A model generated the notes under the pieces. That model made no database searches, was not told the origin of the DNA, and saw nothing but the letters and a program-made list of their open reading frames with translations. This document shows, in pieces, positions 1 to 10,205 of a stretch of 64,000 nucleotides of DNA (position 1 is the stretch's first letter; every line of letters starts with the position of its first letter). This DNA is from a virus (Duplodnaviria > Caudoviricetes): positions 32,001 to 96,000 of the IMG/VR virus record IMGVR_UViG_3300032280_000753. One strand, 5' to 3'. The position numbers and the translations under genes were made by a program.

Positions 1-1778
1 GCATCAAAATGATCAAAAAATATACTTTTTAATCTATCAAAAAGATTTTTCATTCCAGCTTCTGGATTTGTTTGTAACTCTTTGAAGAAGGTTTTGAAAA
101 CTCCAACAACTCTATCCATCATTGCTTTCCAACGAGCAGGATTGAATAAGCCTTGTAAACCCTTTACGATATCTTGAACTCCTGGGAATGTTTCAACGAA
201 TGCTCTGCCAACCTGTATGCCAGCTCGCCTTACCGTTCGCAAGACTTGCCGTATTTCCCTGAAGACTTTCAAGAAGTCCCTACTTCGGAATATACCTCTC
301 TCAAAACCTTCAAAGAAGGCTGCAAACAATCCTTTTTGTAATCCACCACCAGATTTAATTAATCTTTCAATTGATCCTGCAAGCTTTTGCATTGATTCCG
401 CTTGTGACAATTGTTTCTTTTCTGCTTCGCCAGATTTTTTCTTAATTTGATCTAAGCTTAATCCTCTGTTTTCTTGTGCAAACGCTAACGCTGCCTCTTC
501 CTGAGACATATTAACAGTTGTTGCCAAGTATTGTTGTTCACGCCTACTTAAACTTTCAAAACTCTTGCCAGTTCTTTCAAGTCCTTGTCGCAAGAGATCT
601 AAACGTTCAGCCGGGCTCTCTGCCCTCATTATTCGTTCAGTTTCTATCTGTATACCAAACTGTTGATTTAACTTCGAAGCGGCTTCGGCTGCTGTATCGA
701 AATTATCAAAGGTATCCATAATACCAGCAAGTGATTTAACTTCAATACCAAGTTTGTGTGCATATACTACAGTTTCTGAGAGAGCCTTTTTACTCATTCC
801 TCCGAAATGTTTCATATCTGCCTCAAGTTCAGCCATATCATGACCAATTACTTGAGCGTTAATTCCAAAAGCTTCTCCCATTTGAATTGCATAATTGGCA
901 GTTTCCCTTAGCTCTTCATCCATGGTTCTGCCAGATATAATAGATTGTCGAGCAACAGCTTTCATGCCTTCAGCACTAATATTAAGACCTTTTTGAAAAG
1001 CTCCTACTGCTTCCGCACTTTTTATTAAGCCGCCGCTAACTATAACACCAAACATGTTTCCAAGATTTTTAGCAAGTTCAGTAAAATACTTCAATCTTTC
1101 TGCTAAGTTGCCAAATGTTTTATAAACAGATAATGTAGTTGGACCAAGAGTGCCACTCATGCTTTTAGCTAAGTCTTGAATTGCTTTAGCACCATTAGTT
1201 CTTAAATCACCAAATTCTTTTCTAATGGCTTCTAAAGCTTCTCTTAATCCACCACCACCACCACCGTCACCGGCAGCTTTTTCAAATAAGAAACTCCATA
1301 AAGCAAATGGAAATCTAATTACTGAAAGCGCAAACTGACCAAAAGTGCTAATAACATTTTTCAATATATTTTTAACACCTCCTAATATATTGAAAGTGGT
1401 TTGAAAACCGGCTATAGCTCCATCAATAGCCATAGCAGCTACATTCATTTTTTCTATATTCTTAGCTGCTTGTCCAGCAGCATCCGAGGCGGAATTAAGA
1501 GCATCTTTCATTTTTTTGCTGCCGCCAGCAACATTTCCTACTGCATTTTGACCGCTCTCTTCCATTTTTTTCAAAGCAGCATCAGCAGCTTCTATCTGAT
1601 CATTGATTTGCTTAAAGTTTTCATTCAACTTTGAAACATCAACGTTGCCCATGGCTTCAGCCATTTGTTGCATAATAGCCAATTGTCCACGCTGAATTTT
1701 AGCTTGCGTAAGATATAACTGATTTTGCTCTAAAAGCATTTTATTCAGTTGTGCCGTTATTTCAATGTTTGATGCCAT
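1..1778 (-). CDS. Tape measure protein, N-terminal part (runs off window start)
   Basis: Open minus-strand frame from ATG 1778 (MASNIEITAQLNKMLLEQ...) to position 1, absent from the ORF track because it has no stop. Ala/Gly/Lys-rich helical sequence, downstream of tube and chaperone genes. Confidence 0.75.
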   Translation of the reverse strand, partial: MASNIEITAQLNKMLLEQNQLYLTQAKIQRGQLAIMQQMAEAMGNVDVSKLNENFKQINDQIEAADAALKKMEESGQNAVGNVAGGSKKMKDALNSASDAAGQAAKNIEKMNVAAMAIDGAIAGFQTTFNILGGVKNILKNVISTFGQFALSVIRFPFALWSFLFEKAAGDGGGGGGLREALEAIRKEFGDLRTNGAKAIQDLAKSMSGTLGPTTLSVYKTFGNLAERLKYFTELAKNLGNMFGVIVSGGLIKSAEAVGAFQKGLNISAEGMKAVARQSIISGRTMDEELRETANYAIQMGEAFGINAQVIGHDMAELEADMKHFGGMSKKALSETVVYAHKLGIEVKSLAGIMDTFDNFDTAAEAASKLNQQFGIQIETERIMRAESPAERLDLLRQGLERTGKSFESLSRREQQYLATTVNMSQEEAALAFAQENRGLSLDQIKKKSGEAEKKQLSQAESMQKLAGSIERLIKSGGGLQKGLFAAFFEGFERGIFRSRDFLKVFREIRQVLRTVRRAGIQVGRAFVETFPGVQDIVKGLQGLFNPARWKAMMDRVVGVFKTFFKELQTNPEAGMKNLFDRLKSIFFDHFD

Positions 1779-1862
1779 GTTTTACTATTTAACTTGTAGT
1801 GTTTATCCGGTCTTCTCATAATTACAATCGGATCTAAAATTTTAAGGTATTGAGGCAATATA

Positions 1863-2222
1863 ATGTCAGATAAAAAATCTAAACAACAACTTAACGAAAT
1901 TCGTCTATCATGGGCAGGTAAATTATTTTTTGCAGGTGTCGCAGCAAGATTAGCTCAAGTTGGACTTAAAAAGCTTGCAAATTCAATGGAAGAACAAGCA
2001 GAAGAAGGTTCTGAACAAGGAGAAATTGGTTTTCCATTTAAGCTTCAAGGAACTCCAGAACAAATTGCAGCAACCCAAGAAGTAATTCGTGCTTCAAAAG
2101 AATATCAAGAAGAACTTAAACGTGACGGCGCAACAGTTGAAACCGTAATGGAAAAACTTAATGCTCAAAATGTTGCTAAAAAATCTTTTGAAGAAAAAAC
2201 TGGCAAAGCTTGGCCACTCTGA
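1863..2222 (+). CDS. Hypothetical protein
   Basis: 119-aa ORF with GAGG upstream; first gene of a 3-gene + strand unit. Confidence 0.7.
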   Translation: MSDKKSKQQLNEIRLSWAGKLFFAGVAARLAQVGLKKLANSMEEQAEEGSEQGEIGFPFKLQGTPEQIAATQEVIRASKEYQEELKRDGATVETVMEKLNAQNVAKKSFEEKTGKAWPL

Positions 2223-2234
2223 TTGGAGCTTAAA

Positions 2235-2819
2235 ATGAAAAACTTAAAAAAACTATTATCTTATCTTCTTGAAAACATCGATGATGAAATTGAAAGCTTA
2301 AATCCATTAACTCGGCTAATAATGAACTATATTGACTCCGTGGATGAAATAGAAACGGCAGCAGAAGAAAATAATACTCAAAAAGTTGAAAGCCTTATAA
2401 CCAAATACGTCAATATTTATATTCCTTTTGAAGAAATACAAAAAGCCGCTGGTATCGTTAAAAATCAACAAGAATTTAATGATAAAATAGATAATGCTAT
2501 TGGTGATGCAACAGAATTTGTTGTAGATTACTATGGCGGATTAGATTTTGAAGGAATCAATGAAGGGGTTCAAGAAGAAAAGGGCTATAGAGGTCCAAAG
2601 AAATACAAAAAGGTTGTCGGTTCTGGCAAGAATAAGAAAACAGTTCGTTACGGAGCTAAAGGTTATTCCATTGCTCCAGGAACATCAAAGGGAGATAGCT
2701 ACTGTGCTCGCTCTTACGGTCAAATGAAAGATCATCCTTCTGCCGCTAAAGATGCTAACAGTCCCCTCAGATTATCACGTAAGAAATGGCGTTGCTCTAA
2801 AGATAAATCAAGAAAATGA
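2235..2819 (+). CDS. Hypothetical protein with acidic N-domain and basic Cys-containing C-domain (YCARS...KWRC)
   Basis: GGAG precedes ATG 2235. Begins MKNLKKLLSYLLE, a leader-like sequence. Confidence 0.7.
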   Translation: MKNLKKLLSYLLENIDDEIESLNPLTRLIMNYIDSVDEIETAAEENNTQKVESLITKYVNIYIPFEEIQKAAGIVKNQQEFNDKIDNAIGDATEFVVDYYGGLDFEGINEGVQEEKGYRGPKKYKKVVGSGKNKKTVRYGAKGYSIAPGTSKGDSYCARSYGQMKDHPSAAKDANSPLRLSRKKWRCSKDKSRK

Positions 2820-3361
2820 AAAAGTTAAAAGAAAAGTTTTATACCTTCTCACACAAACCAACCGGCTACAAGAAAAAGGTCATTCAGAAAACCTTCTTGT
2901 TGCCTAATGGCAAACCTTATACTTCTTTCATTGATAGAACCCCAGATAGCGTCAATATCTTTCCTATGACTGAAGATGGTCAAATAGTGCTCGTAAAACA
3001 GTTTAGACCAGGCATAGAGCGAGTAGAGTTCGAACTACCTGGTGGCATGATAGACCCCGGAGAAAAGCCTTCCAGAGCCGCTGAGAGAGAACTATTAGAA
3101 GAGACTGGATATGAAGGCAATATAGAATTCTTATCAAGCCGAAGCTATTCCCCATATTCATCTGGTCTGCGACACGTGTATATATCTACTGGATGCAAGA
3201 AGGTAGCTAAAGATTTAGACTTAGATGATAATGAGTTTTTAGAAGTTGCCGTTGTAGATATGGAAGACTTAGAAAATCTTTTATTTGATGGAAAAATAAG
3301 AAACCCAGATGGAGCCTATATGGCATTACATCATCTGGGTCTTCTTAAGATACGTTTTTGA
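2816..3361 (+). CDS. NUDIX hydrolase (ADP-ribose pyrophosphatase-like)
   Basis: Nudix box GGMIDPGEKPSRAAERELLEETG preceded by LVKQFR. Confidence 0.9.
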   Translation: MKKLKEKFYTFSHKPTGYKKKVIQKTFLLPNGKPYTSFIDRTPDSVNIFPMTEDGQIVLVKQFRPGIERVEFELPGGMIDPGEKPSRAAERELLEETGYEGNIEFLSSRSYSPYSSGLRHVYISTGCKKVAKDLDLDDNEFLEVAVVDMEDLENLLFDGKIRNPDGAYMALHHLGLLKIRF

Positions 3362-3376
3362 TTGTTAAGATTTGGT

Positions 3377-4168
3377 CTATGAGGCACAGGTATAGTTTTC
3401 CGGCAGTTTCCATCCTTTATGCTGCTTGAAAATACCTTTAAAGACTTTATAAAGTGATTTTCTGTCTAACTTATTCTGTTCGCAAAACTTAAATATTCCA
3501 ACAAATTCAACTATTTCTCCTGCCGGAGAAAGAAGCTTATACCGCTGCTCTCGCCGGCCGCTTGTATTACAACTCTTCATTCCTTCAAGTCTCCGAGCTC
3601 GAATTTCAGGATTTTTCCATTGTTGAGCAGTTAATTCTTTTCTTTTTTCAGAAAGAGCTTTTCTTTCTTCTAAAGAAAGCTTGGCCCACATATGTTTTGA
3701 AGCTTCTCCAATATTATTTCGTCTACAACCATCTTTGCCTTCAATACGCTTCTGACGCTCAACAGGATCTTTCCAGAGTTGTTTTTGAATGTCCGAACAC
3801 TTGGTGAAAGTTTCTTCTGGTGTTTTAGAGAGTTTTCCTTCTCTTGAAATTGCCCGGTCACAGAGATTGTAGCATTGTTTTCCATTGTCAAACAATTGTT
3901 TGAGGTAGACCTCTTCTTTGGCAAGACGTTCTTCTCTGGTTCCCTCTACAACCTCAAGAACCTCAAACAAAAAAGCTTGTTCTCCACACTTAACAAAATC
4001 CGCCTGAAGAAACTTATTATGATGTTTGTTTTCTTTTAAAGATTTAGAATGTTGGCTCCAACGCTCTTTAAATCGTTTTGCAGAGCCAATGTAGATCCTA
4101 CCATTGATTTTATTCGTTATTTTATAAATGCCAGATTTAAGACTGTTTCCTTCAAACTTAAGCTCCAT
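3377..4168 (-). CDS. GIY-YIG homing endonuclease (free-standing, Seg-like)
   Basis: SGIYKITNKINGRIYIGSAK...R...H, followed by basic repeats and a C-terminal HKGW DNA-binding module; AAGGAG SD. Confidence 0.9.
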   Translation of the reverse strand: MELKFEGNSLKSGIYKITNKINGRIYIGSAKRFKERWSQHSKSLKENKHHNKFLQADFVKCGEQAFLFEVLEVVEGTREERLAKEEVYLKQLFDNGKQCYNLCDRAISREGKLSKTPEETFTKCSDIQKQLWKDPVERQKRIEGKDGCRRNNIGEASKHMWAKLSLEERKALSEKRKELTAQQWKNPEIRARRLEGMKSCNTSGRREQRYKLLSPAGEIVEFVGIFKFCEQNKLDRKSLYKVFKGIFKQHKGWKLPENYTCAS

Positions 4169-4214
4169 ATACCTACTCCTTTAAATAAGTATATGTCAGA
4201 GGGCAGGTTTTGTG

Positions 4215-4491
4215 TCAAGTAAAGCGTTGTAAATTATGCGGAACTTGTGATCTTGTTTTCCCAGTAAGGGATCTTATATCTGGGGTATTGTGATGTGGCG
4301 CTTTACTCGGGATATCATTCTGAGATTCGTGAGCTTTACTTATTTCTTTTTCTATTCTCTTAATGAGCCATCTCTTATAGGCGATTGGATAGTTGTAATA
4401 TGTATTCCAATCCATCCCGAAATAATAGCCTAATAAGAAGAATGGCTCAAGGAGAACCGCTTCTTTATCGCTTGAAGTTAGGCCAAAAAAA
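4215..4491 (-). CDS. Tail assembly chaperone downstream segment, likely reached by frameshift
   Basis: Overlaps the end of the 4465-5355 ORF. Plausible coding begins at the T7 run (FFGLTSSDKE...YNYPIAYKRWLIKR) with no good start codon of its own. Confidence 0.65.
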
Positions 4492-5355
4492 CGTCGGACC
4501 CATCGGAAGGGCAACCTCCTCGAAGTGATCGCAACTTGAACAACGGAATTCAACTTTCATATCTACACCGGGTTCATGTGTATCGATATGTTCACGAAGA
4601 AGTAATGAATCACGAGCTGGCATATATTGAACGAAACGTGAGACAAGGCTCTTGTTATCGTTACCATCAATTGCAACAATTGAACGTAAAAGTCGAGAGG
4701 TGATAAGATTAGAATTTAATAGACCCTTTTTCTTTCTAATCTCAGTCTCATTAACAATCTCTTCTTCTTCTCTACCGGTTAGAAACTTAAATGTTATTGT
4801 CTTCTTGGATACAGGCAAGTTGAAATTGAAAAGATTACCAGCAGGAACAACTGGTTCCAATGTTAAAGGCTTAATTCCAAGTTGATTAAGATCAATCTGT
4901 AAATCATTTTTAAATTCACATGATGGACAGGAATATTGAGGTTCATATATGTTACCATAACCGGTAGCACGTATTGCAATCATTAAAGCGTTTCTATCCC
5001 CAGATAAAAGGCTTTGCACATCTATATCTCTATTGATAAGACAAGATTTGATAAGTTCTGTTATAACGGTTCCACGCTTAATAAGAGCCTGAGACATTAG
5101 AATATCTTCTTCTTTTGCAGTCATTGCACGATATTCAACTGACTCAGCTCCACATAATGGATGTCCTTGTGGATAAACTCTACCTTTTGATGGTAAAGGA
5201 ACGGCATCTACTGGAATCTCAACGCCGAGTTCTTGACGAGCATATTGTTGAGCGGATATTGGTTGACCTTCTCCACCGGTTGCACCAACGTTTTGTGAAG
5301 CCATTTGAGCTGCTAAAATCGCATTATGCAACTCTCTATTATCTGTTTCTGACAT
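4465..5355 (-). CDS. Tail/baseplate-hub assembly chaperone (T4 gp26-like, two CxxC motifs)
   Basis: VPLPSKG...YRAMTAKEEDIL, CPSC and CSSC, ends PTFFWP; GGAGG SD before ATG 5355; lies between tube and tape measure. Confidence 0.75.
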   Translation of the reverse strand: MSETDNRELHNAILAAQMASQNVGATGGEGQPISAQQYARQELGVEIPVDAVPLPSKGRVYPQGHPLCGAESVEYRAMTAKEEDILMSQALIKRGTVITELIKSCLINRDIDVQSLLSGDRNALMIAIRATGYGNIYEPQYSCPSCEFKNDLQIDLNQLGIKPLTLEPVVPAGNLFNFNLPVSKKTITFKFLTGREEEEIVNETEIRKKKGLLNSNLITSRLLRSIVAIDGNDNKSLVSRFVQYMPARDSLLLREHIDTHEPGVDMKVEFRCSSCDHFEEVALPMGPTFFWPNFKR

Positions 5356-5429
5356 TATTTCTTCCTCCAATTGATATAACTCTTCAATTGTATAATGACA
5401 GCTTAGTTTGTATAAATCAGTTTATCTAA

Positions 5430-5789
5430 TCAAAGTTCTTTTAAGATATGATGAATATATTCTTTTATTAAAGACATATCGTTAATATCTTTTTGTCCAG
5501 CTCTTATAACGTCTAAATAATATTGTTTTATCTTCGCACGTTCTTCATCACGAGTTAACTTCGCATCAAAGAAGATGTTAATAACCATATCAGGAACCGG
5601 GCTATAACCCTTTTTACGGCTTTCTATTTGCTTCAACCTCTGTAGGTAGCGCCAAGTTTTAATGGGCTCAAAATCCTTTTTAGAGGCTTTTATAATGAGC
5701 TTTGCAATCTTTTGAGCGTCTGTGAATAACCGAGGATATCCTTTACGAATACGCTCATATTGTTTCATTGATTGTTCTATCATATCCAT
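5430..5789 (-). CDS. Hypothetical protein
   Basis: 119-aa ORF; TATTTA 6 nt upstream of ATG. Confidence 0.6.
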   Translation of the reverse strand: MDMIEQSMKQYERIRKGYPRLFTDAQKIAKLIIKASKKDFEPIKTWRYLQRLKQIESRKKGYSPVPDMVINIFFDAKLTRDEERAKIKQYYLDVIRAGQKDINDMSLIKEYIHHILKEL

Positions 5790-5800
5790 ATGCTATAAAT

Positions 5801-5833
5801 AGAAAAACCCAGGAGAACTCTCCCAGGTTTTCT
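5801..5833 (-). terminator. Rho-independent terminator after tail tube
   Basis: AAAACCTGGGAG-AGTT-CTCCTGGGTTTTT on minus strand. Confidence 0.75.
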
Positions 5834-5857
5834 ACGAAAGGATAACTGTATTTGTAA

Positions 5858-6346
5858 TCAGAATTGAAGAACGCAGTTATCGAAGCGAATAGAAAGCTGA
5901 ATATCTGCTGGGTCGTTACCATCATAAGCCATTTCACCGAAATTGGCAGATTTACACCAAGCACCCTTAACGTCCCAAAGCTGAACTACCGTTCCAACAG
6001 GATCAAGCATCTTGATTTGAATGTCACGCTTATAGAAATCGGCATAACCTGCACGACCAGAAACGCTTTCAAAGCACGTGCGGATCCATTCCATTACTTG
6101 TTGAGCACCAGATGGAGCAATTGGGTCATAAAGCGTAACGCTCATTTCTCCCCATGTGCCCTTACCAGCGAGGTAACGTGTGCTATTGATCCATGGAATA
6201 GTAACTTCATCAAATGTCATTTGTGGACGTGCAGCAGACTTGATTAAGAATGCATCTACTCCTTCAATAGCAAATACGAACCGTCTTTTAATAAGTGGTT
6301 CAAACTTTGTTGGTAACATATCTGTTACTGATAGTGTGTCGGCCAT
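5858..6346 (-). CDS. Tail tube protein (T4 gp19-like)
   Basis: FEP...RFVFAIEG...RYLAGKGTW...LYDPI...MEW...YKRDIQIKMLDP...W...GAW; follows the sheath genes. Confidence 0.9.
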   Translation of the reverse strand: MADTLSVTDMLPTKFEPLIKRRFVFAIEGVDAFLIKSAARPQMTFDEVTIPWINSTRYLAGKGTWGEMSVTLYDPIAPSGAQQVMEWIRTCFESVSGRAGYADFYKRDIQIKMLDPVGTVVQLWDVKGAWCKSANFGEMAYDGNDPADIQLSIRFDNCVLQF

Positions 6347-6403
6347 AATCTTTTACCCTTTTTCTTAATAATAAATATATTTGAAATCTGATTTTCTTAA
6401 ACT

Positions 6404-7147
6404 TCAGCTACGTTTTCTGTCTTCGCCAACTTGTTTGTCAGTTAATCCATGGCGCAACATCGCAAGATCACTTGCTTCAATCTCACCATCATCGTCTAAA
6501 TCAAGCTTATCTTGGTCGCCATGAAGTTCTTCTTCCAACCAGGCTTCTAATAAAGCTTCTGCATGACGATTAAAGCGTTCTGCTACCACAGCAGCGCCAG
6601 ATGGTGAAGGAGCTCCTCCGGGACCACTTGGCATTCCTACGGCTACTTGTGTTCCAGGTCCAGAACCGCCAACAGAAGGAGATGATGTGTCACCTTCTTC
6701 AATCACATCTTCTTGTCCTGGACCGAGAATAACAACTTTAGCTACCGGCTCATCATGATGAGTTCTCATGCTTGGTCCTTCAACTTCCCAAGAACCACAT
6801 TCTTCCATTTCATATCCGCATTCTTTCAAATCACGAACATGTTCTTCTGTAAGAATACCATGATTTGTATATATCATTCTTATTTTGTTCTCTGGTAGAA
6901 AATCCCGATCACTTAATGACTTTTCACCATGACGAGATGGTTTTGGATTAGAAAATCCTTGTTCTACTGAAGCGCCTTGTCTGCGACGGGCTGCGAGTTC
7001 TTCTGGCGAGATACCTTTTAAAAGATCACGACTATGTGGATGATTTAATGGATTATTTGTATTTTCTGGATCATCTGGATCCATGAATATACTTTCTTCT
7101 ACAGTTTCACGAATTAAACGTTTAAGTTGTTCTAATGTAATTTTCAT
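6404..7147 (-). CDS. Acidic hypothetical protein with C-terminal EF-hand-like loop; candidate head-internal protein
   Basis: Leader MKITLEQLKRLIRETVEE; DLDDDGEIEASD matches a DxDxDG calcium loop. Confidence 0.65.
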   Translation of the reverse strand: MKITLEQLKRLIRETVEESIFMDPDDPENTNNPLNHPHSRDLLKGISPEELAARRRQGASVEQGFSNPKPSRHGEKSLSDRDFLPENKIRMIYTNHGILTEEHVRDLKECGYEMEECGSWEVEGPSMRTHHDEPVAKVVILGPGQEDVIEEGDTSSPSVGGSGPGTQVAVGMPSGPGGAPSPSGAAVVAERFNRHAEALLEAWLEEELHGDQDKLDLDDDGEIEASDLAMLRHGLTDKQVGEDRKRS

Positions 7148-7171
7148 TTTATATGCCTATTAGATAATATA

Positions 7172-10156
7172 TCAACCTTGACCGAAGTTGCTTGGGTTGT
7201 TGATTACGAAGTCTACAGACAAGAACTCGAGGGTGCGTGTTGGTTGTAAGTAAATCTTACCACGGATCGTCTTGTTCTCAAAGTCTGCTTCAGTTGTTGT
7301 AGATGTATCGATACGAACAAGGAAACGATCAACACCACGTTGATTTTGAACTCTTTGTAGGATTGGGTTAACCAACTGTGAGAAACGTGCGAGCGTCTCT
7401 GGTAGAGTTTGTTCGAAGAGAATTCTGTTCGAAACTTGACGAACTTGTCTACGGATGGAGAGAAGTAGACGACGAACGTTTACACGATCAAGAGCTGATT
7501 GTTGTGCATACATTGTCTTCTGACCCCAGATTACCAATCCTTCAGATCCTGCAAAGGATACGATTGGATTGATATCAACTTCATAGAGATCATCCATGTT
7601 TGTTCTGGATAGTTGTAGAGTTGAACGCTCCGTTGTTGCAAGAGCGCCTCTTGCAAAGCCGGCTGGAGCAAACCATGGGAATGCTACCGAGTCATTGAAA
7701 GAATAAGCTCCAAGAGCAACAACGGAAGATGGAACTTCACGAAGAGTATTAGAGATGCCGTCTTGCATTATTACATCTGGGAAGTAACAAGCTCCGAAAG
7801 AGCTGTTAATGCCACGATCACGGAAATTAAGAGCAGTATATCTTACAGACTCAACCTGATTACTGCTTGTGATAAGCATATTAACTGTATCATATTTTTC
7901 TATATCCATGATATAGATGGCATCAAATCTACCTTCAGCGATTTGCAAAGCTCTATCCGTAATAACTGGATTACGAATACCAGGAACGATGAATGCTTGA
8001 ACATCAATTTCAGTTGCATCAGCTATCAAATCAAGTGCAGTATTGTATGCTATTACAGTTGGTCCCAATTGTAGAAGTCTTGAAGTGTAATCAAGTTCTT
8101 CATTGATTGCTTTGTTTGTCAAATAACGTTCATCATAGTTGAAGATATTAACACCATCAAATCCGCCTTGGATGAAAAGATTGAACTTGGCAAGTTGTCG
8201 TGTTGATGGGTCAGAAAGATCTGCTACTGTCAATGCTCTTGTTGTAACAGTTGGAGTTATCGCTCCATTTCTTACATAGCTCCAATCTACTACTTGCGTA
8301 GTATCAGCCAATCCAGTCGTTGAGTTTATTACGATCTCAACATTCTCAAGAGAGAAGCCGTTGTTATTGAAACGGTCAGCATCAAGAATTCCGTTTGCTG
8401 CCGTATCAAGAACTCCTTCATTGTCCATGACTACGAAGTTAACGCTGTCTTGTTGGAAGTCTGGGAAGTAAGCTGCAAAGCTTTCAACGCTGGTTTCACG
8501 AATTGTGCTTGCATTTGGTTGAAGAGCGTTTATTTTACGTTCAAATTGAACGCCCCAATATAGTCCCTTGTCTGCTACTGTATTTGGAGACTCGCCTCTA
8601 ACCAAGTTCTCACGTAATGGAACTGGGATTTGAACAGTCTTTTGGAATGGATTTGCGACTGTATAACCAGTTGGACCAACTGCGCTGAACGCCGCAAGAG
8701 GAGCAGAACCAGATGTTACTAAGTGGGCTGGACCACGGAAACCAACTGGGAGAGCCGTTGCATCAACATCCGATGCATCTACTGCATCAGCAACCTCTAC
8801 ACGAATGTATTTTGAGTTATTCGTATAGTTTCCAAGAGTGATTAATCTTGCATCTCCATCATTTGCATCAAAGTTATAGAAAGTATTATAATCACCAATA
8901 ACACGAGCAATATAGTTTGGAGATGTTGAATCAAGTGATAATCCACGATATGCTTCAAGAACAACTTTCTTTTTATCATTATCTGCAAAATCTCTTACAA
9001 GAAGATCAAATGTTCCATAAAGATTTACGTCAGAAAGGCTTGGCGCAATGTTTTCAATTGAGATTTTAACTTTATTGTTTGCATATATACCGTCATCCAA
9101 AGAGTGAATGCGGAAAAGATTAACTGGTTTGCCGCCGAACTTTTGAGATATAATCCATGGACTCTTTGGTGAACGATAACGGTCTTCAAAGTTTTCATAG
9201 TTTGGAGCCGTTGTTGTTCCAGTATTTCTTGCTTGAGAACCGGTAATAAGGAATGCAACGTTTTCATAACCAGATGTTCTAAGTGCCAATACTTCGGTAG
9301 AACCGCTAATAACGTTAGCTCCAGTTACAACTGCATATGATGGGTGGATAACCCAATCAGTTTGTAACATATAACCAGCCTGTTCAAGCTTAAGCGGATC
9401 TCTATTCATTATGTTTCCGAAATAATTTGGAGCATCAATATCAAAAGAAGCCGTTATAACATTTCTATACATCGGATCCGTATTGGTTTGACCGGATACG
9501 AACATGACGAATTCTTCAAGAGAGTTTCGAAGATTGACAGAGCCTGTTACGTGACCGGCTGGTGCTACGCCCCCGCCAAATGAAGAAGATAATAATAGTT
9601 GAGTTCCAGAGGCAGCAAACAATACACCACGAACAACTGGGACACCAGCAGCAGATAAACCTGAATCTGTAAATATCGAAGAACTAACAACGGGATTTAC
9701 ACCAAGCAATTCATATTGGCTCATGAATGCGCCAAGGAAATATGTTCTGCCGAGGGGATTACCAACAGTAGCATAAGGATTGTTACCAAGAGCGCCTGCC
9801 CCTTCCGGAAGTTGTTCGCCAACTACGTAGCCACCGCCAGCAACCCTTCCACGAGGAGAATTGACCTGCCGGGCGGCGCCGGAACCCGCACCAAGAACAC
9901 GGATAAACGTTGCAGCTTGAGCGTTTCTTAACCATTCAGAAACAGCTAATGGACCAACATATATGTCATTAGTTGTTTCTCCGAATGTTGCTATAAAATC
10001 GTTTGTAGTGGCTAAGGTTACAGGAACGAAAGCTGGACCAGCGATTGCCGTGCCGATTATACCTGCTGGTATACCGGATGGTTGTATTGCTGTTGGTCCT
10101 GTTAGATCGATTGTTCTGGCTGAAACACCGGCTGATTTGAATGATATCTGTGTCAT
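7172..10156 (-). CDS. Tail sheath protein (T4 gp18-like), copy B
   Basis: N-terminal SAGVSARTIDLT; C-terminal PWFAPAGFARG...INPI...WGQKT...LDRVNVRRL. Confidence 0.95.
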   Translation of the reverse strand: MTQISFKSAGVSARTIDLTGPTAIQPSGIPAGIIGTAIAGPAFVPVTLATTNDFIATFGETTNDIYVGPLAVSEWLRNAQAATFIRVLGAGSGAARQVNSPRGRVAGGGYVVGEQLPEGAGALGNNPYATVGNPLGRTYFLGAFMSQYELLGVNPVVSSSIFTDSGLSAAGVPVVRGVLFAASGTQLLLSSSFGGGVAPAGHVTGSVNLRNSLEEFVMFVSGQTNTDPMYRNVITASFDIDAPNYFGNIMNRDPLKLEQAGYMLQTDWVIHPSYAVVTGANVISGSTEVLALRTSGYENVAFLITGSQARNTGTTTAPNYENFEDRYRSPKSPWIISQKFGGKPVNLFRIHSLDDGIYANNKVKISIENIAPSLSDVNLYGTFDLLVRDFADNDKKKVVLEAYRGLSLDSTSPNYIARVIGDYNTFYNFDANDGDARLITLGNYTNNSKYIRVEVADAVDASDVDATALPVGFRGPAHLVTSGSAPLAAFSAVGPTGYTVANPFQKTVQIPVPLRENLVRGESPNTVADKGLYWGVQFERKINALQPNASTIRETSVESFAAYFPDFQQDSVNFVVMDNEGVLDTAANGILDADRFNNNGFSLENVEIVINSTTGLADTTQVVDWSYVRNGAITPTVTTRALTVADLSDPSTRQLAKFNLFIQGGFDGVNIFNYDERYLTNKAINEELDYTSRLLQLGPTVIAYNTALDLIADATEIDVQAFIVPGIRNPVITDRALQIAEGRFDAIYIMDIEKYDTVNMLITSSNQVESVRYTALNFRDRGINSSFGACYFPDVIMQDGISNTLREVPSSVVALGAYSFNDSVAFPWFAPAGFARGALATTERSTLQLSRTNMDDLYEVDINPIVSFAGSEGLVIWGQKTMYAQQSALDRVNVRRLLLSIRRQVRQVSNRILFEQTLPETLARFSQLVNPILQRVQNQRGVDRFLVRIDTSTTTEADFENKTIRGKIYLQPTRTLEFLSVDFVINNPSNFGQG

Positions 10157-10205
10157 TGTTGTTGTGCCTTTTCTATATTAAACTCTCTTGTATTAACTAT
10201 TATTA

